DNA from: Thermoanaerobaculia bacterium
GTDB lineage: Bacteria > Acidobacteriota > Thermoanaerobaculia > UBA5066
Length of the DNA stretch: 64,000 nucleotides
Assembly: GCA_038245905.1 (NCBI GenBank)
Contig: JBBRRY010000002.1
Span: 96,001 to 160,000 of the forward strand
Direction: 5' to 3'
Made by a program: the position numbers and the translations under genes. Shown here in pieces: positions 28,021 to 37,904 of this stretch. Below the pieces are notes generated by a model. That model was not told the DNA's origin and did no database searches. It saw nothing but the letters and a program-made list of their open reading frames with translations. The first letter of the stretch is position 1. Every line of letters starts with the position of its first letter.

Positions 28021-28701
28021 ATGGGCGCCCGCGTGATCGCCGAGTCCCTGACGAAATCGTATGGAGGCGGCCGCGGCGCCGCCGGTGTGGACGCGCTCCT
28101 CGGGGTCTCCCTGACGCTCGAGCCGGGCAGCTTCACGGCGCTCCTCGGACCCTCGGGCTGCGGCAAGTCGACGCTCCTGAACCTCCTCGGCGCTCTCGAC
28201 CGCCCGGCGGGGGGTCGCATCCTGGTCGACGGGCACGATCTCGCGACGCTCTCCGAGGACGCGCGCGACACCTACCGAAGGAAGACCGCCGCCACGATCT
28301 TCCAGTTCTTCAACCTCCTCCCGACGATGACCGCGCTCGAGAACGTCGCGCTCCCGCTCCTCCTGGAAGGCGTCTCCCCGGCAGAAGCCGACGCGCGGGC
28401 CGCGCGAGGCCTCCAGGATCTCGGGATGGGCGACAAGGAGCGCGCCTACCCGTACGAGCTCTCGGGCGGACAGATGCAGCGCGTGGCCGTGGCGCGAGCA
28501 CTCGCGAATGGGCCCGTGCTCCTTCTCGCGGACGAGCCGACGGGCAATCTCGACTCGAAGACCGGCGAGCAGGTCCTCTCTCTCATCGCGGGCCTCGTCG
28601 CGGAACGCGGGATCACCGTCGTGATGGCCACGCATTCGGCCGAGGCGGCGGGGCGCGCCTCGCGCGTCGTGCGCCTGCGCGACGGGCAGCTCCAGTCGTG
28701 A
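28021..28701 (+). CDS. ABC transporter ATPase (LolD/MacB/AttE type)
   Basis: GPSGCGKST, FQFFNLLP, LSGGQMQRVAVARAL, ADEPTGNLD; start 28021 or 28012. Confidence 0.9.
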   Translation: MGARVIAESLTKSYGGGRGAAGVDALLGVSLTLEPGSFTALLGPSGCGKSTLLNLLGALDRPAGGRILVDGHDLATLSEDARDTYRRKTAATIFQFFNLLPTMTALENVALPLLLEGVSPAEADARAARGLQDLGMGDKERAYPYELSGGQMQRVAVARALANGPVLLLADEPTGNLDSKTGEQVLSLIAGLVAERGITVVMATHSAEAAGRASRVVRLRDGQLQS

Positions 28702-31403
28702 CCGGCCCTCGCGCCGGATTTCGCGCTCTGATCGGGCCGCTCGTCATTCGCCCGGCGCTGAAGGATCGGCTCCGGTTCCTTCTCACGATCTCGGGCATCG
28801 CCGTCGGCGTCGCGACGGTCGCCGCGATCCGCCTCGCGAACGCCTCGGTGCTGTCGTCTTTCTCCGACACCGTCGACTTCGTCGCCGGAAAGTCCGGGAT
28901 CACGATCCTCGCGGACGGCCCCGGCATCCCCGAAGCGACTCTCCAGCGCCTCGCGTGGGTCCGGCGCGCGGGCGCGACGCTCGCGCCCGCGATCACCGAG
29001 ACGGCGGCGGCCGGCGCGAGAGACGGCGAAGTCGTCGAGGTGCTCGGCATCGACCCGCTCGCGGACACTGCGGCGCGGGAATATTCGTTTGCTGAAGAGG
29101 GAAGAGAGAAGAAAGAGAAGATTTTCTTTGAAGGGGAAGAGGGGAAGATGCGCGCCGAGGCGGCGGCTGACAGCGGCGGCGGCGCGGCGCGCTCCTCCGA
29201 GACACACACCTTCGAAGAATCCCCCCGTCTTTTCTCCATCTTCAAAGCAAATTCCATCCTCGTCACCAGCGCCCTCGCTGAGCGTCACTCGCTACGCGCC
29301 GGGTCTTCGTTTCCCCTCGTTACGAATGGCGTCGAACGCACGTTTCGAGTCGCGGCGATCCTCCAGCCCGTCGGCGCGGCGCGCGCGGCTTCGGGGTCGA
29401 TCGTCTTCATGGACCTCGCCGCCGCGCAGGAAGCTTTCGGAAAGGTCGGCCGGCTCGACCGCATCGACGTCGTGCTCCCCGCGGGTCTCACCGAGGCCGA
29501 TCGTCTCCGGTTCGAGGAGGAGATCCGCGCGTCCCTTCCTCCCGGCACGACCGCGGGCCGCCCCGAGCGCCGCACGGAGACGGTCGACCGCCTCGTGCGC
29601 GCGTTTCGCGTGAACCTCTCGGCCCTCGGTCTCATCGCGCTCCTCGTCGGAATGTACTTCGTCTACAACACACTTTCGATCTCCGTGCTTCGCCGCCGGA
29701 CCGACATCGGGACCGTCCGCGCGCTGGGAGCCTCGAAGCGGTCCGTCTTCGCGGTCTTCCTCGCCGAGGGCCTCGCGCTCGGCGTCCTCGGAAGCGCCGC
29801 AGGCATGGCCCTCGGCGTCGTCCTCGCGAAAGGAGCGCTTCTCCTCGTGGGCGGCACGACGACCGAGATCTACATCCCGTCGGCGCATCCTTCGCTGCAC
29901 CTCGATCCGCTCGTCCTCCTCCTCGCGTTCGCGCTTGGCGTCGCCTCGTCCGTTCTGTCGGCGCTCGCCCCCGCGCTCGAGGCCGCGGGTGTCGACCCTG
30001 CCGCGACGATGCGCCACGGCTCCGTCGAGGCCGTCCGGCGCCGGCGCACACGCCCCCTTGCGCTCATCGGCGCCGCTCTCCTCGTCCTCGCCTTCCTCGC
30101 GACCCGGTTCGGCCCGATCGGCGGCCTGCCGCTCTTCGGGTTCCTATCGGTTTTCCTCATCGTCTCGGGCGTCTCCCTGCTGGCCCCCGCGGCCGTGACG
30201 TTCGCGGCCGCGCGCCTCGACGGGCCCGCGCTCCGTCTTTTCGGCGTCGAGGCGCGTCTCGCGCGCGCGAACCTGACGGGCAGCCTCTCGCGCACCTCGG
30301 TCGCCGTCGCCGCGCTCACGATGGCGCTCGCGATGATGGTCTCCGTCGCGGTCATGGTGGGCTCCTTCCGGACGACCGTCGCGACCTGGGTCTCGCAGAC
30401 CCTGTCGGCGGACCTTTTCATCTCGCCCGCGAGCGGAAAGTCGGGCGTGTCGGTCGGACGGATCCCCGACGCCGCGATCGCGATCGTGCAGGGCGTCGAC
30501 GGAGTGGACGAGATCGATCCCTTCCTCGCCTTCGGAGCGACGCGGGACGGCGTTCCGTTCACGATCGGCTCGGGCCTCTTCGCCTTCATCGCGAAGCACG
30601 GGAACCTGCCCCTCGTCGACGGGCGTGACCCGCGAAAGGTATTCATGGAGGCGCTCGGGAAGGACGAGGCGATGATCTCGGAGCCGTACGCCGAGAAGTT
30701 CCGCGTCAAGACGGGAGACTTCGTCGAGCTTCCGACGGACAAAGGGCCGGTACGGGTGCGCGTTTCCGGAATCTACACGGACTACTCGAACGACCGCGGC
30801 ACGGTCACGCTCGATCGCGCGCACTTTCAGAGACTCTGGCCGCTTACGGGTGCCGTGACGGTCGCCGTCACGCTGAAGGAGGGCGTCTCGCCCGAGGAGG
30901 GCGCGCGGCGGGTTACGGCGGCGCTCCAGGGCCGCTATGTGCTCCGCGTACGCACGAACGCGACGCTGCGAAGGCTCGTCCTCCGGATCTTCGACCGCAC
31001 GTTCGCCGTGACGTACGCGCTCGAGGCCGTCGCACTCGCCGTGGCGGTTCTCGGCGTCCTGAACACGCTCACGGCGCTGGTCCTCGAAAGGCGGCGCGAG
31101 ATCGGCCTCCTGCGCGTCCTCGGCGCCTCGGCCGCGCGCGTGAGGCGTGCCGTGCGCTACGAGGCGGCCGCGATCGGAGGCCTCGGCGTCGGCCTCGGGG
31201 CGCTATCCGGAGGCGCCATGTCGCTCGTCCTCGTCCACGTCATCAACCGCCAGTCGTTCGGCTGGACGATCGCGATGCACCCGCCTTGGGGATTCCTCGC
31301 GGCCGCTCTCAGCCTCGTCTTCGCGACGACGCTCCTCGCCGCCGCCCGCCCCGCCGGCCTCGCCGCGGCTACGGACGTCGCGGCGGCGCTGAAAGAGGAA
31401 TGA
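28698..31403 (+). CDS. FtsX/MacB-type ABC permease, duplicated (AttF/AttG-like)
   Basis: Two MacB_PCD+FtsX halves; RRRTDIGTVRALG, ERRREIGLLRVLG, INRQSFGWT. Confidence 0.85.
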   Translation: MTGPRAGFRALIGPLVIRPALKDRLRFLLTISGIAVGVATVAAIRLANASVLSSFSDTVDFVAGKSGITILADGPGIPEATLQRLAWVRRAGATLAPAITETAAAGARDGEVVEVLGIDPLADTAAREYSFAEEGREKKEKIFFEGEEGKMRAEAAADSGGGAARSSETHTFEESPRLFSIFKANSILVTSALAERHSLRAGSSFPLVTNGVERTFRVAAILQPVGAARAASGSIVFMDLAAAQEAFGKVGRLDRIDVVLPAGLTEADRLRFEEEIRASLPPGTTAGRPERRTETVDRLVRAFRVNLSALGLIALLVGMYFVYNTLSISVLRRRTDIGTVRALGASKRSVFAVFLAEGLALGVLGSAAGMALGVVLAKGALLLVGGTTTEIYIPSAHPSLHLDPLVLLLAFALGVASSVLSALAPALEAAGVDPAATMRHGSVEAVRRRRTRPLALIGAALLVLAFLATRFGPIGGLPLFGFLSVFLIVSGVSLLAPAAVTFAAARLDGPALRLFGVEARLARANLTGSLSRTSVAVAALTMALAMMVSVAVMVGSFRTTVATWVSQTLSADLFISPASGKSGVSVGRIPDAAIAIVQGVDGVDEIDPFLAFGATRDGVPFTIGSGLFAFIAKHGNLPLVDGRDPRKVFMEALGKDEAMISEPYAEKFRVKTGDFVELPTDKGPVRVRVSGIYTDYSNDRGTVTLDRAHFQRLWPLTGAVTVAVTLKEGVSPEEGARRVTAALQGRYVLRVRTNATLRRLVLRIFDRTFAVTYALEAVALAVAVLGVLNTLTALVLERRREIGLLRVLGASAARVRRAVRYEAAAIGGLGVGLGALSGGAMSLVLVHVINRQSFGWTIAMHPPWGFLAAALSLVFATTLLAAARPAGLAAATDVAAALKEE

Positions 31404-32476
31404 TGAAGAACGTCGCGCTCGCGCTCCTCCTCCTCGCCTCACGCTTCGGGTCTCTCGATCCGAAGCAGAAGATTTTCTTCCCCCGCGACCACGGCTCGCA
31501 CGACGACGCACGCGTGGAATGGTGGTACGTCACGGGCCAGCTCGAGACGCCGTCCGGCAGGAGGCTCGGCTACCAGCTCACGTTCTTCCGGACCGGCATC
31601 GAGGACGGGCCGAAGGGAGCCCGCGCCTCGTCCTTTGCCGCGCGCGACCTTTTCCTCGCGCATTTCGCGATCACGGACGCGGCCGCCGGAACATTCCGAT
31701 TCGCGGAGAGGATGCACCGCACGGGTGTTGGAGCGGCCTTCGCGCGCGAGGACCGCCTCGGCGTCGCGAACGAGGACTGGCGCCTCGAGGAGGTCGGCGG
31801 CCGGCTCGTCCTCTTCGCATCCGACGGTGGGGACGAGCTCTCTCTTGTCCTGACGCCCGAGAAGCCTCCCGTCCTCCACGGCGAGGGCGGCCTCTCGAGA
31901 AAGGGGTCGGAGCCCGACGCGGTGAGCCGGTACGTGAGCCTCACGCGCCTCCGTTCCGAGGGCTGGTGGACCTCGGGCGGAAAGAGCGCATCCGTGAGCG
32001 GACTCTCGTGGTTCGACCACGAGTGGGGCTCCGGGTCGATCGGCAAGGACAACGCGGGCTGGGACTGGTTCGCGGTCCACCTCGACGACGGGCGCGACCT
32101 CATGCTCTACCGCCTGCGCGGAGCGGACGGCGGCGGCACGCCGTACTCGTCGGGAACGCTCGTCGAGAAAGGCGGCCGGGCGGTCTCGCTCGCCGCCGCG
32201 GACTTCACGATCGACGAGACCGCCCGCTGGAAAAGCGCGCGAAGCGGGGGGAACTACCCGGCGCGGTGGGTCCTTCGGGTGCCGCGCGCGGGAATCGCCG
32301 TGGAGGTCGTTCCGCTCGTCAAGGACCAGGAGCTCGTCACCGGGAAATCCACGCGCGTCACTTATTGGGAAGGCGCGTGCGACGTGACGGCTCCCGGCGG
32401 CGGCTTGCCGCTCGGACGGGCGTACGTCGAGATGACCGGCTACGCGGGCACGGGCGCGCTCGGCGCTCTTCGCTGA
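31400..32476 (+). CDS. AttH/CrtC-like lipocalin-fold protein
   Basis: FPRDHGSH, EWWYVTG, GYQLTFFR, WFDHEW, GWDWF, DQEL, YWEG, YVEMTGY. Confidence 0.85.
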   Translation: MMKNVALALLLLASRFGSLDPKQKIFFPRDHGSHDDARVEWWYVTGQLETPSGRRLGYQLTFFRTGIEDGPKGARASSFAARDLFLAHFAITDAAAGTFRFAERMHRTGVGAAFAREDRLGVANEDWRLEEVGGRLVLFASDGGDELSLVLTPEKPPVLHGEGGLSRKGSEPDAVSRYVSLTRLRSEGWWTSGGKSASVSGLSWFDHEWGSGSIGKDNAGWDWFAVHLDDGRDLMLYRLRGADGGGTPYSSGTLVEKGGRAVSLAAADFTIDETARWKSARSGGNYPARWVLRVPRAGIAVEVVPLVKDQELVTGKSTRVTYWEGACDVTAPGGGLPLGRAYVEMTGYAGTGALGALR

Positions 32477-32498
32477 CGGACGGGCCCCGGACCGATCC

Positions 32499-34016
32499 TC
32501 AACTTTTCGCCGCGAGCCGGCTCCGGCGCGCGCCGTAGAGGAAGTAGATGACGAGGCCGATCGCGAGCCAGATCCCGAAACGGATCCACGTGAGGACCGG
32601 AAGGCCCGCCATCAGGACGAGGCACATCACGATCCCGAGAGCGGGCGTCACCGGCGAGAACGGGACCCGGAATTTTCGCGGGCGATCGGGCTCGCGGACG
32701 CGCAGGATCAGGATCCCGACACACACGAGCACGAACGCGAAGAGCGTGCCGATGTTCGTGAGCTGGACGACCTCGTCGATGTTCGCGACGGCGGCGAAGA
32801 AGGCCACGAAGATTCCCGTCAGAATCGTCGTCACGTAGGGTGTCCGGTACTTCGGGTGGATCTTCCCGAACCACGGGCCGAGGAGCCCGTCGCGCGACAT
32901 CGCCATGAGGATGCGCGGCTGCCCGAGCTGAAAGACGAGGAGGACCGACGTCATCGCGACCACGGCGCCGAACGCGAGGATACCCGCGGCCCACCCCTGG
33001 TTCACGTACGTGAGCGCGGCCGCGAGCGGGTCGGCGACGCCTCCCAGCTTCGCGAACGGGATCATGCCGGTGAGAACGAGCGCCGCCGCGAGATAGAGGA
33101 CCGTGCAGATTGCCAGCGAGCCGAGGATTCCGCGCGGCATGTCGCGGCCGGGGTTCTCGCATTCCTCGGCGGCGGTCGAGATCGCGTCGAAGCCGATGTA
33201 TGCGAAGAAGATGAGGGAGGCTCCGGTCCAGACGCCGTGCAGGCCGCCGGGGAAGAACGGCTGCCAGTTCGCGGGCTTCACCCACATCGCGCCCACGACG
33301 ATGAAGAACAGCAGCGTCATGAGCTTCAGGACGACGATCACGTTGTTGAACCGCGCCGACTCCTTGACGCCGATGACGAGGATCCACGTGATCGCGGCCG
33401 TGATGACGACCGCGAGGAGATTGCAGACGATCGGGATCCCCGCGAGAACGGGGTGGTGCAGATGCGCCTCGTAGGCGAGCGCGTATTCGGGGCCGAGGCT
33501 CGCCACGCCGGACTCGGCGACGGCCTTGGCGGCGAGGACCGTCGAGCGGTAGTCCGTCGAAATCCACGCGGGGATTTGCACCCCGAAGCCGGTCATGAGC
33601 TGGCGGAAGTACGCGGCCCAGGAGATCGCGACGGCGATGTTCCCGACGGCGTACTCGATGATGAGGTCCCACCCGATGATCCACGCCACGAGCTCGCCGA
33701 GCGTCGCGTAGCTGTACGTGTAGGCCGAGCCCGCAACGGGCACGAGGCTCGCGAACTCCGCGTAGCAAAGCGCGCAGAAGCCGCAGGCCACGGCCGTGAG
33801 AAGGATCGAAACGGTCACGCCGGGCCCCGCGGGCGGGGCTCCCGTGCCGCCGGACGTCGCGCTCCCGAGCGTGGCGAAGATGCCGGCGCCGATGATCGCC
33901 CCGATGCCCAACGCCATCAGGTCGACCCAGTTGAGGGTCTTCTTGAGACCGTGAGCTTCGTCGCCGCCTTCGGCAATCAGGGCATCGATCGGCTTGCGCC
34001 GGAAAAGCGACGACAT
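32499..34016 (-). CDS. APC-family amino acid permease
   Basis: GIGAIIGAGIF, CYAEFAS.VPVAGSAYTY, FFAYIGFDAISTAAEE, NIGTLFAF. Confidence 0.92.
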   Translation of the reverse strand: MSSLFRRKPIDALIAEGGDEAHGLKKTLNWVDLMALGIGAIIGAGIFATLGSATSGGTGAPPAGPGVTVSILLTAVACGFCALCYAEFASLVPVAGSAYTYSYATLGELVAWIIGWDLIIEYAVGNIAVAISWAAYFRQLMTGFGVQIPAWISTDYRSTVLAAKAVAESGVASLGPEYALAYEAHLHHPVLAGIPIVCNLLAVVITAAITWILVIGVKESARFNNVIVVLKLMTLLFFIVVGAMWVKPANWQPFFPGGLHGVWTGASLIFFAYIGFDAISTAAEECENPGRDMPRGILGSLAICTVLYLAAALVLTGMIPFAKLGGVADPLAAALTYVNQGWAAGILAFGAVVAMTSVLLVFQLGQPRILMAMSRDGLLGPWFGKIHPKYRTPYVTTILTGIFVAFFAAVANIDEVVQLTNIGTLFAFVLVCVGILILRVREPDRPRKFRVPFSPVTPALGIVMCLVLMAGLPVLTWIRFGIWLAIGLVIYFLYGARRSRLAAKS

Positions 34017-34072
34017 GCGGCCTCCTCTCGGGCAGTGAAAGATGCGGGAGTCCGGAGAGTTCGCGAGGGAGT

Positions 34073-34786
34073 CTAAGCGGTCAGGTGTCCGGCGACCCGG
34101 GCGGGCAGCTCGGCCAGGGACGCGATGGACTCGACCTCCGGAGGGCGGCGCCCTCCGCGGTCGACGAGGAGGGCATGGAGACCCGCCGCGCGGGCCCCGT
34201 GGTAGTCGTCCGTGAGCGAGTCTCCGACGTGCAGCGCGGCTCCGGCCTCCACGCCCGCGCGCCGGAGGGCCTCGTCGAAGATCCCGCGGTCCGGCTTGCT
34301 CACACCCACAACGGCCGACACGATGACGTCGTCGAACGAATCCCGTATCCCGAGGCGCGAGAGAAGCGTCGGCAGGCTGGAGTCCCAGTTCGACACCACG
34401 ACGAGCTTGACCCGCCTCGCGCGGAGGGCGGCCAGGACCTCGGGAACCTCGGGGTAGAGAGTCCAGTGAAGCTCTTCACGGAAGTGCGCGATGAGGTGCG
34501 CAAGAAGCGGCTCGGGCATCTCGCCGCCACCTACCCGCGCGAACACGGCCCCGACAAACCGCCGCCAGAATCCCGCCTCTCCGCCGGGCCCCTTCCAACG
34601 CACCTCTCCCCGCTCGCGAGCCGCATCCACCTCCCGCCATGTTGCGTGCACGGCGCCGTGCACGTCGTCGGCCGTCGCCTCCACGCCGTGCCGGGCGAAC
34701 GCGTCGCGATAGACGTGATCGACCGGCGGGTCCGCGGCGAGAAGGGTGTCTCCCGCGTCCAGGAAGACGGCTTCGATGCTTTTCAA
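34073..34786 (-). CDS. HAD-superfamily hydrolase
   Basis: FLDAGDTL, VVSNWD, KPDRGIF, HVGDS..DD. Confidence 0.85.
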   Translation of the reverse strand: MKSIEAVFLDAGDTLLAADPPVDHVYRDAFARHGVEATADDVHGAVHATWREVDAARERGEVRWKGPGGEAGFWRRFVGAVFARVGGGEMPEPLLAHLIAHFREELHWTLYPEVPEVLAALRARRVKLVVVSNWDSSLPTLLSRLGIRDSFDDVIVSAVVGVSKPDRGIFDEALRRAGVEAGAALHVGDSLTDDYHGARAAGLHALLVDRGGRRPPEVESIASLAELPARVAGHLTA

Positions 34787-34817
34787 GGCCGCCGGCAGGC
34801 CGCGCGATTTACAGGCG

Positions 34818-35603
34818 TCACCGCATCACCTGCCCGCCGTCGATCACGATGGCCTGTCCCGTCACGTTCTTCGCGTCCGGCGACGCGAGGTAGGCGACGA
34901 GGCCCGCGACTTCGGGGGGGGAAAGCACCTCGCCGAGAGGCGCCATCTTCCCCGCGAATGCAAACGCCTCCTCGACATTCTTCTGCATCGTCTTTCCCAT
35001 GCGCACGATCCCCGAGCGCCCCATGTCCGTGTCCACCCAGCCCGGGCACACCGCGTTCACGGTGATCCCGCGCGGCGCGAGCTCGAGCGCGAGAGAACGC
35101 GTGAGCCCGATGACCCCGTGCTTGGACGCGCTGTACGCGGCCATCCCGGCCACGCCGAATCGCCCCGTCACCGACGAGAGATTCACGATGCGCGCGCCGT
35201 CGGGCAGAAAGGGGCGCGCCGCGCGGCAGACGCGCCAGGTCCCGGTGAGATTCACGTCCAGGATCTCGGCCCAGACCTTGTCCGAGCGGACGTCTCCGTC
35301 GAAGGGCGTCGGGCCTCCGATCCCTGCGTTGTTCACGAGGATGTCGAGGCGGCGGTCGGGCCGCGCCGCCCGCTCGACGCCAGTCGCGACGGACGCCGCA
35401 TCTACGACGTCGAGGATGACCACCTGCGCGGAGCCGCCGGCGTTCGCGATCTCGGCCACGACGGCCGCGCCGTCGCTCTCGCGACGCGCGCCCACCGCGA
35501 CGTGCGCGCCCTCTGCCGCGAGTCGGAGCGCGATCGCGCGGCCGATTCCCTTGCCCGCGCCCGTGACGAGCGCCGTCTTTCCGAGGAGTCGTCCTTCCGG
35601 CAT
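34818..35603 (-). CDS. SDR-family NAD(P)-dependent oxidoreductase
   Basis: TGAGKGIG, NNAG, YSASK, PGWVDTDM; start MPEGRLL after GGAGG. Confidence 0.9.
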   Translation of the reverse strand: MPEGRLLGKTALVTGAGKGIGRAIALRLAAEGAHVAVGARRESDGAAVVAEIANAGGSAQVVILDVVDAASVATGVERAARPDRRLDILVNNAGIGGPTPFDGDVRSDKVWAEILDVNLTGTWRVCRAARPFLPDGARIVNLSSVTGRFGVAGMAAYSASKHGVIGLTRSLALELAPRGITVNAVCPGWVDTDMGRSGIVRMGKTMQKNVEEAFAFAGKMAPLGEVLSPPEVAGLVAYLASPDAKNVTGQAIVIDGGQVMR

Positions 35604-35655
35604 GTGTCCTCCGGCCGGCGATTCTACGGGCGGCCGCCCCGAGTAAGATCGCAAA

Positions 35656-35898
35656 GTGAAGGTCGAGGTCCTGCTCTTCGCATCGCTAAGGGACGCCGTC
35701 GGAAGCACGATCGCCGTCGAGGTGGAAGAGCCGGCCACCGTGACGAGCCTCCGGCGCGCCCTCGAGGCCGCGCATCCCGTCCTTGCGCGCTTCGGGACGC
35801 GCGCGAAGCTCGCGATCAACGAGACGTGGGCGAAGGAAACGGATTCCATCGCACCCGGCGACACCGTCGCACTTCTTCCCCCGGTGGCGGGGGGCTGA
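35656..35898 (+). CDS. moaD: MoaD/ThiS sulfur carrier
   Basis: LLFASLRD, C-terminal LLPPVAGG. Confidence 0.88.
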   Translation: MKVEVLLFASLRDAVGSTIAVEVEEPATVTSLRRALEAAHPVLARFGTRAKLAINETWAKETDSIAPGDTVALLPPVAGG

Positions 35899-35905
35899 AG
35901 AACGG

Positions 35906-36673
35906 CTAAGCCAGCTTTAGGTCTTCGGCCAGGAGCGCGTAGTCGACGGCGCCGCGCGACGACCCGTCGAACTCGAAAATCGTCTTGCCGACCGACGGAG
36001 CCTCCGCCAGCGCCACGTTGATCCGGATGGGCGAGAGGATTTTCGTGAAGCGTTCTCTCAGCGTCTCGAGAAGCTCCGTGGAGACGGCCGTCCGGAGATC
36101 GTAGAACGTCGGCAGGACACCGTCGATGCGAATTGGCTTTTCGCGATGCGCGTTCGCTTCTTTCGCGAAGACGCGCGTCTTCTCGAGCGCCGGAAGCGAG
36201 AGGAAGTCGAGCTTCGCGGGAAGAATGAGCTCGTCCGCGACATGGTAGATGTTCTCGAGCAGGAGCGAGCCGGCCGGCGGACAGTCGAGGATGATCACCT
36301 CGTAGCCCTCGTCGTCGAGCGCCTCGAACCTCTTCCCGAGGCGCGTTCGCCGCTTCTCGGCTCCCTTTTCGCGAAACAGGTCCTCGACGGCGAGAAGCCG
36401 CTCTCCGGCCGGCAGGACGTCGAGGCTACCCCGCGCCGCGCGCACGACCGACGCGTCGAACGCGGCGTCCTTCGCGAGCCAGGCCGCGAGCCCGCGCGCC
36501 TCGGGCGGAAGTCCCAGCGAGGTCCCCACACTCCCCTGCGGATCCGCGTCGATGAGCAGCGTGCGGCGCCCCGCGCGGGCGGCCGCGGCCGCGAGATTCA
36601 CGGCGGTCGTCGTCTTCCCTACCCCGCCCTTGAGCGCGGAGATGGCCAGCACCCTGCGGCGGCGGATCGTCAT
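35906..36673 (-). CDS. Orphan ParA/Soj-family ATPase
   Basis: KGGVGKTTTAVNLA, IDADPQG, LDCPP, IRINVALAEAPS. Confidence 0.88.
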   Translation of the reverse strand: MTIRRRRVLAISALKGGVGKTTTAVNLAAAAARAGRRTLLIDADPQGSVGTSLGLPPEARGLAAWLAKDAAFDASVVRAARGSLDVLPAGERLLAVEDLFREKGAEKRRTRLGKRFEALDDEGYEVIILDCPPAGSLLLENIYHVADELILPAKLDFLSLPALEKTRVFAKEANAHREKPIRIDGVLPTFYDLRTAVSTELLETLRERFTKILSPIRINVALAEAPSVGKTIFEFDGSSRGAVDYALLAEDLKLA

Positions 36674-36708
36674 CGTTCGCTTTCGGCTCCCGGTCTTATC
36701 ATGGTTGG

Positions 36709-37146
36709 ATGTCCTTCCTCTCGTACGACCCCGTCGACCCCGGGTCCCTGCTCGACGCCGTGCGGCGGGATGGCGACGGGGGATTGGCCCTGTTCGTGGG
36801 AGTCGTGAGGGACCACAACGACGGCCGCAGCGTGGACCGCCTCGAATACGAGGCCTACGGCTCCATGGCCGAAAGGGAGATGGCCCGCATTGCCGAGGAG
36901 CTCGCCCGGGCACACCCGGAGGCCCAAGTCATTTTCCGCCATAGAGTTGGGGCCCTCAAGGTTGGCGAGGTCGCGGTCGCCGTCGTGGCGGCCGCCCCCC
37001 ACCGGTCCGAGGCATTCGCAGCTTGTCGCGCCGGAATCGAGGCCGTAAAGGCCCGCGTTCCGATCTGGAAACGGGAATTCGGCCCCACGGGAAGCACCTG
37101 GGTCGACCCCTGCGGCGAGGCTGGTCATGGCAACGAAAGTGATTGA
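36709..37146 (+). CDS. moaE: Molybdopterin synthase catalytic subunit
   Basis: FVGVVRDHN, LEYEAY, HRVGAL, AAPHR, VPIWKRE. Confidence 0.92.
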   Translation: MSFLSYDPVDPGSLLDAVRRDGDGGLALFVGVVRDHNDGRSVDRLEYEAYGSMAEREMARIAEELARAHPEAQVIFRHRVGALKVGEVAVAVVAAAPHRSEAFAACRAGIEAVKARVPIWKREFGPTGSTWVDPCGEAGHGNESD

Positions 37147-37180
37147 AAACTCAACCACTTCCTGCTAAAATCCCGCCTTC

Positions 37181-37804
37181 ATGTTTCTCGCTCTCAGGCG
37201 GATTCACGTTTCCGCAAGTGACTTTTCGCGCTCCCGCCGTTTTTATGGCGAGACTCTCAGCCTTCCCGAAGCGGGCGGCTTCGAGAACGACTGGGTCGAG
37301 TTCGCGTTGGGCCCTCTGCTCCTGAAGCTCGTCCCCCTCAGGCCGGGCGAAGTGCCCGCGCGCAATCAGGTGGCCGCGGTTTTCTCAACGTGGTCGCTGG
37401 ACGAGACGATTGCGAAGCTGAAGGAACGCGGCGTCACGGTGACCCGGCCCCCCGCGGACGAATTCACGGGCCGCTCGGCGGAGATTCTCGATCCCGACGG
37501 CTACCGGATCATCGTGTTTCAGGCGTCCGAGCTGCATCCCGACGAGGACTGGGTCCAGATGTCGCAGGTAGACGACCTCGTGAAACAGAAACTGCACGCG
37601 CGCAGAAAGCGGGAGCAGGCGCGCGCCGGCGGGCCGAAGAGCGGCGCCGGGAAGAAGAAACCCGCGAAGAAGCCGGCGCCGAAAAAGTCCTTCTCAAAAA
37701 AGGCTTCACCGAGAAGACCGGCCAGGAAGCCTGCCCCTCGGAAGGCCTCAAGGAAGGCTTCGAAGACGGTAGTGAAAAGAAGAGCCCCGAAGAAGAAAAA
37801 GTAA
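37181..37804 (+). CDS. VOC/glyoxalase-fold protein with a Lys/Ala/Pro-rich histone-H1-like tail
   Basis: SRRFYGETL, DPDGYRI; tail KKKPAKKPAPKK...RRAPKKKK. Confidence 0.75.
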   Translation: MFLALRRIHVSASDFSRSRRFYGETLSLPEAGGFENDWVEFALGPLLLKLVPLRPGEVPARNQVAAVFSTWSLDETIAKLKERGVTVTRPPADEFTGRSAEILDPDGYRIIVFQASELHPDEDWVQMSQVDDLVKQKLHARRKREQARAGGPKSGAGKKKPAKKPAPKKSFSKKASPRRPARKPAPRKASRKASKTVVKRRAPKKKK

Positions 37805-37904
37805 AAAAGAGAGAAACGCGCCGGCTCGAGCGGCGACGTCGTGACGGTTCGTCGTGGGATGACTTCCCGCGAGAACACTCCCTTCCGCTGGAAGGAGAGC
37901 CACG

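Noticed and set aside
27171-28271. N-terminal extensions of wzt (828 aa), and likewise PiT from 48153, YfhO from 6503 and PP2C from 56620
   Set aside because: They overlap genuine neighbouring genes in other frames; coupled starts at the gene junctions explain the real proteins.
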